Shown here: in pieces, positions 56,728 to 64,000 of the stretch
Layout: each line of letters opens with the position of its first letter
Numbering within the stretch: position 1 is the first letter of the stretch
DNA from: Blastocystis sp. Blastoise
Lineage: Eukaryota; Protista; Bigyra: Opalinata
Assembly: GCA_039096225.1 (NCBI GenBank)
Contig: JBBPEB010000014.1
Span: forward strand, 868,001-932,000
DNA: 64,000 bases
Direction: 5' to 3'
Notes under the pieces: generated by a model
Seen by the model: only the letters and a program-made list of their open reading frames with translations
Databases searched by the model: none
Told to the model about the DNA's origin: nothing
Made by a program: the position numbers and the translations under genes

Positions 56728-57551
56728 GAAAAGAACAAAAACTACTATTCTTATATATATTTACATATTGAATTAAATGTAGTATGAAAAATAAGCAATA
56801 ATCAACAAATATTTACCAATAATGCCACACACAAAAAACTTTTTTTCTTATTGATGTCAAATATTTATTTTTGATAATTTCATAAAATGATTTCAGACAA
56901 CATCCATCTATCATTGTTTATGAATAAGATAGATTTAGTTAATTATAAAAAAAACTAAGAAATACTTACATTCTGTTGACTTTTAAGTAATATGTCTTCT
57001 TCAATAAATTATAAAAAGTATGAAGAATGAAGAATTAAATGAAGAGAGCGAAATAACGATCACACGAAGTATTTCTAATCTTCTTTTTATGCTAGAAATA
57101 TTAATATTTTTATCTTCACGCTACGTTATTAGTATTGTATATGTTTATAACGACGAGACAGAACATGAAAAAAGATATCAACATTGTTTATGATAACCCT
57201 TCACAATGATTATATCCACTTAGACACAATGTATAGACAGTGTCTCATCTAAGAACAAAAAAAAAACATATCGTTTTCATCTAAAACTAGGTTATTTCGT
57301 GAAAACCCAAAGAATGATGTGCCGTTTGTTCATCTGACCATTTTTTTATGTTTAAAAAGAATTCTATTCACAATTGACTATATTAAAAGATTTAGGCTGA
57401 TTTATACTGTAGAATACAAATATATAAGGGGGTATATATTAGGTACCGTAACAAAAAAAAGTGACACAGACATATGTCATTTTCTTAAATAATCGTAACA
57501 TTGTTACTGTTATCCTAACATTTATATTTATTTTTGTTTGTTTTAACGAGA

Positions 57552-60227
57552 ATGAAATTGTTAGTGTTATTTTTGTTTGTTTTAAGTGCTTTTGCTATTG
57601 TTGAGAATCCTAACTTCATTTACTATAATGAACTTGAAGGAAAACCTTACACTATTTCATGGGATAAACGTTCTTTTATGATTAATGGTAGACGAACTAT
57701 ATTCCTTGCTGGTTCTGTTCACTATCCCCGTGCTACTCCTGGTAAGTTTCTAACATAAATTTTTTTATTGCTTTAGAAATGTGGGATACTGTTCTTGATC
57801 AAGCTGTAGCAGATGGTTTGAATCTTATTCAAATCTATACTTTCTGGAATTTCCATGAACCTGTTGAAGGACAATATGTTTGGGAAGGTCGTGCTGATTT
57901 AAGACTTTTCCTTGAAAAATGTAAACAACGTGGTCTTTTCGTTAATCTTCGTATTGGACCGTATATATAATATTATGTAGATATTGATTTTTTTTTTATT
58001 ATGTTTATTTATTTTATATTATTATATTTATTATTATTTTATTATTATTATTTTATATTAAATTTATTAATATTATAGATATGTATGTGCTGAGTGGGAT
58101 AATGGTGGCATTCCTTCATGGTTACAATTTAAAGAAGGTATTACTTATAGATCTACCAATCCCATTTGGGAGAAATATATGTCTCAATGGATGCATGTAG
58201 TTGTTGATAAAGTTCGTGATTATTTTGCTGATCAAGGTGGTCCAATTGTTATGGCTCAAGTATATTAGTCTTATTAATATTATATATATATATATGAGTA
58301 TAGATAGAAAATGAGTTATGGAATAGTGATAAAGATTATATTAATTGGTGTGGTAAACTTGCTATGGAATTAGATGTATATATATTATATATATGATACT
58401 ATTAATACTATTGATTATTTTAAATATTCAATATATATAGTCTAATATCCCATGGGTAATGTGTAATGGTGATACAGCTGATGAAGCTATTAATGCTTTT
58501 AATGGTGATGTAAGTACTGATTTCTTATCTCATGGCGGTCAGACAGGTCGTATCTTGGTTGATCAACCAGGAGTATGGACCGAAAATGAAGGCTGGTTCC
58601 AAGGTTGGGGTGCTGCTAATGCCGATAGAGAAGGATACTATGGATGGGATTCAAAGACACCTGAAGATTATGTTATTAATATCTTAAAGTTCTTCTATTT
58701 TGGAGGTACTTATCATAATTATTATATGTGGTTTGGAGGCAATCATTATGGTACTACTGCTGGTAGTGGTCAAACTACTTGGTATGCCGATGGAGTTCCT
58801 ATTCATAGTGATACTTTACCTAATGAAGTATATATATATATATATTATTAATGATTTATTTATTATTATTATTTAATAACCTATTCATGATCTTATTATT
58901 CAATAAATAGCCAAAACATACTCATGTCAATAAATTACATTATTTCCTTGCTTCTATCGCTGATATACTCGTTAATGACGACGCTCAAGTCCATAAAGAA
59001 AAACGTTTAGAGTATATATTATTTATATAAAGAATAAGTCATCAGTTTTTATTCTACATATTTATAGAAATGATATTCGTCTTTATACATATACTTATAA
59101 TAATAAAACTGTGTATTTCTTAGAAAATCCTGAACCTTCTGGTTGTTCAACTACATTTATGAATACTACTTATAACTTCCGTAGTTATGAAGTCCTTGCT
59201 ATTAATGAAAAGAATCAAGTTATTTATGCCTCAAATGATGTCGAACCTGCAAAGGTAACTCGTAAGACTACTCCTGTGTCTTCTCTTTCCTTTAAGTATT
59301 GGAATGAACCTATTCATGAATTATCTGAATCTCTTCCTGCTATAGTCTTATCTCATGCTAGTGAACAAATTAATATCACTAGAGATTTAACTGACTATTT
59401 GTATTATGAAACTAATTATGATTTTACACAAGAAAAAAATACTTTAGATATTGGTTCTGTTAAAGCTCAAGTATTTGTAGTATATATTGATGGAAAGAAA
59501 GTAGGTGAAAACAATGAACATAGTCATACTTGGGGTTGGGCTACTATTAGTATCAGTTTCTCTGTTTCTATTGGAACACATAAGATTACTATTATATCTG
59601 AATCATTAGGTTTAGATAATCAAATGTTAACTGCTGGTGATCCTTCTTGGAATCCTGAAAGACTGAAGGGTATTTTTAATTATATATAAGAATATATATA
59701 TATAACTTATTATTATTTCTTATAGTATTTCTAATATTCTTATATATATATATATATATATTATTATTATTATAGGTATTTGTGGTTGGATAAAGATGAA
59801 CGGTGTTGATTTCTTTAATCAAGAATGGAAACATTATAATGGTTTATATGGTGAATCTCTTAAAGTATATACTGAAGAAGGTATGCAAAAAGTAGATTGG
59901 AAAGAAGATCTAGAAAATGCTGCTCCTATTACTTGGTTATCTTCTGCTTTTGAAACTCCTAAAGATTTAAAGAGAGGTATTGAAGTGTTATTCCACCCTA
60001 TGGGTCTTATGAGAGGTCATACTTATATTAATGGTCATGATATTGGTAAATATTGGATGATTAAGGCTGATAATGGAGATTATTCTCAAGATTATTATCA
60101 TATTCCTAAGGATTGGCTTAGATATGATGGAAAAGAAAATTCAATTACTGTTATTGAAACTTCAGGTGCTTCTTCTTTTAATGAATCAGAAATCTGTATC
60201 ACCCAACTTGTTCCTAAGGAAAACTAA
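57552..60227 (+). CDS. Secreted glycoside hydrolase family 35 beta-galactosidase (multi-exon)
   Basis: Signal peptide [15 protein letters not shown], then [32 protein letters not shown] (acid/base), WTENEGWF (nucleophile), YYMWFGG and YHIPKDWL. Confidence 0.93.
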
Positions 60228-60484
60228 ATGTAATATTTATGTTTTCTAAAAAAAAAATAAGTAGTTTTTCAATATTAATTTTGCAAAAATAGTTTTGTTT
60301 TCTTTTCTAATTTTGATCTTCACAAACACAAAACAACAAGAATTATAAAAATAGAAACCTCAACTACAAATAAAAAGTTATAAATATATATAAACTCAAA
60401 ACAGTTATTAGATATATAAACGTAAGAATAAGATACAATAGATTTGTTATAAGGAAATTAATAAAAAATAAGTGAATAGATTGT

Positions 60485-62097
60485 TTAGAATCCAAGTTTA
60501 CCATTTCTCCAAGGAGCAGAAGGACTAAAGATTTTAATATATTTATCGATTTTATTCTTTTGTTTTTGAAGAATACATTCACAAATCCATTGTAAATTAC
60601 GTATTTCTTGTTGTTTTAAATGAAGATAAGCATAGAAACAAGCAAAATGGAATTGAGAATCGAATCCATTTTCACATAAACGAACTTCATTTAAATAGAA
60701 AACATCATCAATAGATAAATTATCAGATTGAATACATTGTTCAAAGATTCTATAATAAATATTATAAGGTTGAAGGACTTTTCCAAGAGAATCGATATCT
60801 TCACAGTTTGATAATGCATATATACCTTCAGGATATAAAAACCCAAAAGAAGGAAGAAGAGAAGTACGAATAGCACGCATGCTTGCCTATATATAAATAT
60901 ATAATAATATATATCCTAAAAATAAAATACTTATAACATGATTATAACAAATAAATATATAATAATAAATAATAATAATAAAATATAATAAATAACAATA
61001 AATAAAATATAATTATAAATCATACTTCATTTAAAGGTCCTCCAAAACTATTTAAAATGATATTAATAGCCATCGAATCTGCTCTTTCTTTAAGCATATC
61101 TCCGACGATAAGAGCAGTATCACCACCCAAATCTTGAGTAAACTTATAGAAATCTTCTAAATAATATTTTAATACAGTGTTCTCAAGAATAGGAAGAGAA
61201 ATATCCACTAAAACACTACGAACATCGCCTGCCTTCTATATATAAGGTATCTCTTTAGAAAGATATAATATACAAATAAAAAGTAATCATGTATAAGAAT
61301 ATTTCAGAGATAAATGAAAGATATATATATATATATATACAGAATGATCTCCATATTCAACTTGATCATGTAAGAATTGAGCAAAATATTTGCCTATATA
61401 TAAATAATAAATAGATAGAATAATAAGAAATACGTAAATATGATTATTAAAACACATAATATTATATATATATATATATATACCCACAGGTGTATCAATA
61501 AGAACAGTACTATATAATTCTTGATATCCTGCAGGTGAGTTTTCAAATGTACATATAGATCGCATAATAGATTCTTTAAATAAGCCAAGGGGATGACAAC
61601 GATTAATTAAATCTTGAACACTTACTTTAGAACCTGAAATTGTTCCTTTTAATAAAATAATTACATTTTGTATCATATACTCATATGTGATATAATCCAT
61701 AAATTGAGCTAAAGGTTGATTGGCTTGTGCTCTGAGATAATTCCATTCATCAACTAATTTTTCAGTAGCCTTGTCACGAACAGTTGCAGGAGTAATTGGT
61801 GATGGCTTCAATAAAAAAAATAATCATTAAAATCATAAAAAATAAATAGAAATTAAGAGAAAAACAAAGAATCAAAAACATAGAAATAGTATTATCATAT
61901 ACCTCATCAGCTAAAAAGTTACCATAATCTGTTTCTTGAAGATTCAACTTGACATCTTCTAAGTTCTCACATTGGCAGATATGATGGTACTCAGTCTCAG
62001 TAAGAAATCCAGATTTCATACCACGCACAATAGCTTCAGCATATCCATTTTGGATATTGAAATCAGTGATGTTACCATGATATTTACAAAATGACAT
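60485..62097 (-). CDS. VMA6: V-type ATPase V0 subunit d
   Basis: Motifs FNIQNGYAEAIVRG, QCENLEDVKLNLQETDYG, CHPLG and FYAYLHLKQQEIRNLQWICECI. Confidence 0.95.
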
Positions 62098-62894
62098 TCT
62101 ATATCAAATAGCACAAACAAACTAATATAAATACTTGTCTAGAATCTAAAGATGAAGATAAATGAAGACAATATAATATAAACTCTACAATTCTGGATAT
62201 CCACGATAATCGATGAAAAAACAAGCGGAATCTTTAAAAAACGTCGTTTTTCAAAAAACGAATTCTCTTCATTTTTCCATTCACTTGCTTGTGTATTCAT
62301 TATTGTACTTATTCATATTTATTCACTTTTCTTATCGCTTCAAATCTTTGTATTTAAATTGCTCTAGAATCTGAAGGTGATATTCTGACATTATTCAGTT
62401 ATTGACTTTTTCATAATTCAATTCTATTTTTTATACATGCTCTGAAACAAATAGAAACACTCTTCGCTATAATAGATTTACAAAAAAACAATATTTGAAA
62501 GATTTTTTTTAATTGTTTTTGTATTATTTCATATAAAAACATTTTAACTATGAAATATGAGTTCTAAATTTGATGCAATACACAAAGAAACAATATAAGA
62601 GCTATTTAATAACTAAAGTCGATTTTATCTAATTCCAAATTTAACTCTTAAATATTGTTTTTCATCGTAGATTACCAACAAAACTTCAATAGTAATTTTT
62701 TTATTAATATAAAATCAAAATGAAAGCTTTATTTAAAAATATTGATATTATTTTTTTCTAACACAAGGGCGCCAATTTCTTATAGCAATTCATAATTCTT
62801 TTTCATATTTTCTATATAAAAATTGTTTTTTCTTCCTTTTCAGTTCTACTATATATATTATATTAAGAAAGAAGAGAACAGATATAAATAATCG

Positions 62895-64000
62895 ATGGAA
62901 ATAGAAAATAGTCAAGAGAGTCATGATCACATTCAAGTGGTCTGTCGAATTCGTCCTTTAAATGAAAAGGAAATCACTACATATTGTAATGAATGATTAT
63001 ACTTTCTATTAATCATTATAGGTGGCAAGACATGTATTACTATAGATAAAAATCAGCATTCCGTTACGATAAATTCTCGTCCTGAAGTCAAGAGATTTAC
63101 ATATGATAGCGTTTATGATGAGGAATCAACTCAGGTTTATTTCTATAATTAATTATTCACATTTATATGGTATAGGAAGATATTTTTCAAGGTGTTGGGA
63201 AGTCAATTAGTCAAGATGTACTTCAAGGATACAATGGAACAATATTTGCATATGGACAAACTGGTTCGGGTAAAACACACACTATTTTAGGTATATAATG
63301 ATTTTTTCTTTTTATTCATTATTCATTTTCTTTTAATACAAATAAAACATTTATTATTTTTTAAATTGCTTCTCTATAGGTGAAACTGGAAATACAGATT
63401 CACGTCGAGGTCTTCTTCCACGAGTTTTAGAATATATATTTGCTTGTATTAACAGAGAAGAAAATAAAGTATATATATATATTCATAATAATACTTATAT
63501 ATTCTTGAGTATAGAATACTAATCTACATTATACATGTACCTGCTCCTTTTTAGAAATATATAATGAAAATATATATGATTTATTAAATTATTCAAATGC
63601 AAATTCTTTACATATCCATAATTCTTGTGCTATGTTTTATTTATTAATTTATTTTTATTTATTTATTTCTTTATTTCTTTATTTCTTTCTTTCTTTATTT
63701 CTTTATTTCTTTATTTCTTTATTTCTTTATTATTTAAATATTTATTTTATATTCATTGTATACATTCTTAATGATATGTACAGCTTCGAGAGGATATTAC
63801 TAGAGGTATTTATGTAGAAAACCTTCTAGAAGAAACTATTAATAGTATGGAAGAAGGGTATAGTGTCATTAACCGCGGGAATAAGATGAGAACTGTAGGA
63901 AGTACTAATATGAATCGAGAAAGTAGTCGGTCGCATGCTGTATTTCTCCTTAATATAACCTCTAAGGTATATTTTGTTATAATATATATTATTCTATAAA
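62895..64000 (+). CDS. N-terminal kinesin motor protein (kinesin-12/KIF15-like), 3'-partial
   Basis: Motifs [43 protein letters not shown] and [11 protein letters not shown]. Confidence 0.92.
63612..63781 (+). other. U12-type AT-AC intron in the kinesin
   Basis: 5' end ATATCC, branch-like TTCTTAAT about 10 nt upstream of the terminal TAC. Removing it restores NSL-Q-LREDI, and no in-frame GT-AG alternative was found. Confidence 0.85.

Overview
Very AT-rich, intron-rich eukaryotic nuclear DNA. It looks like a protist, and the gene set plus minor-class introns are compatible with a Blastocystis-like stramenopile, though that is an inference. Splicing by hand gave 14 host genes: an FG-nucleoporin (3' part), an ERMP1-like M28 pseudo-peptidase, a macrodomain protein, a small membrane protein, the PP2A A subunit, MON1, two tandem poly(A) polymerases, an HSD17B14-like SDR, EME1, SAM synthetase, a SANT/C2H2 zinc-finger protein, a GH35 beta-galactosidase and V-ATPase subunit d. 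A KIF15-like kinesin starts at the right edge (5' part only). The main structure is a 16.2-kb Buster-type hAT transposon (25210-41421) bounded by an exact 8-bp TSD (TTTTAACC) and CAGGG termini. It carries a transposase, a captured intron-containing UTP20 pseudogene, two tRNA-derived Pol III-like units and decayed DNA. Other signals are a GC-rich palindrome (CCRYGG core) recurring inside exons, several non-GT-AG introns (U12-type AT-AC and AT-AA, plus AT-AG), and one poly(A) polymerase paralog with altered substrate-binding motifs. Exon boundaries and family calls come from motif recognition only; no searches were run.
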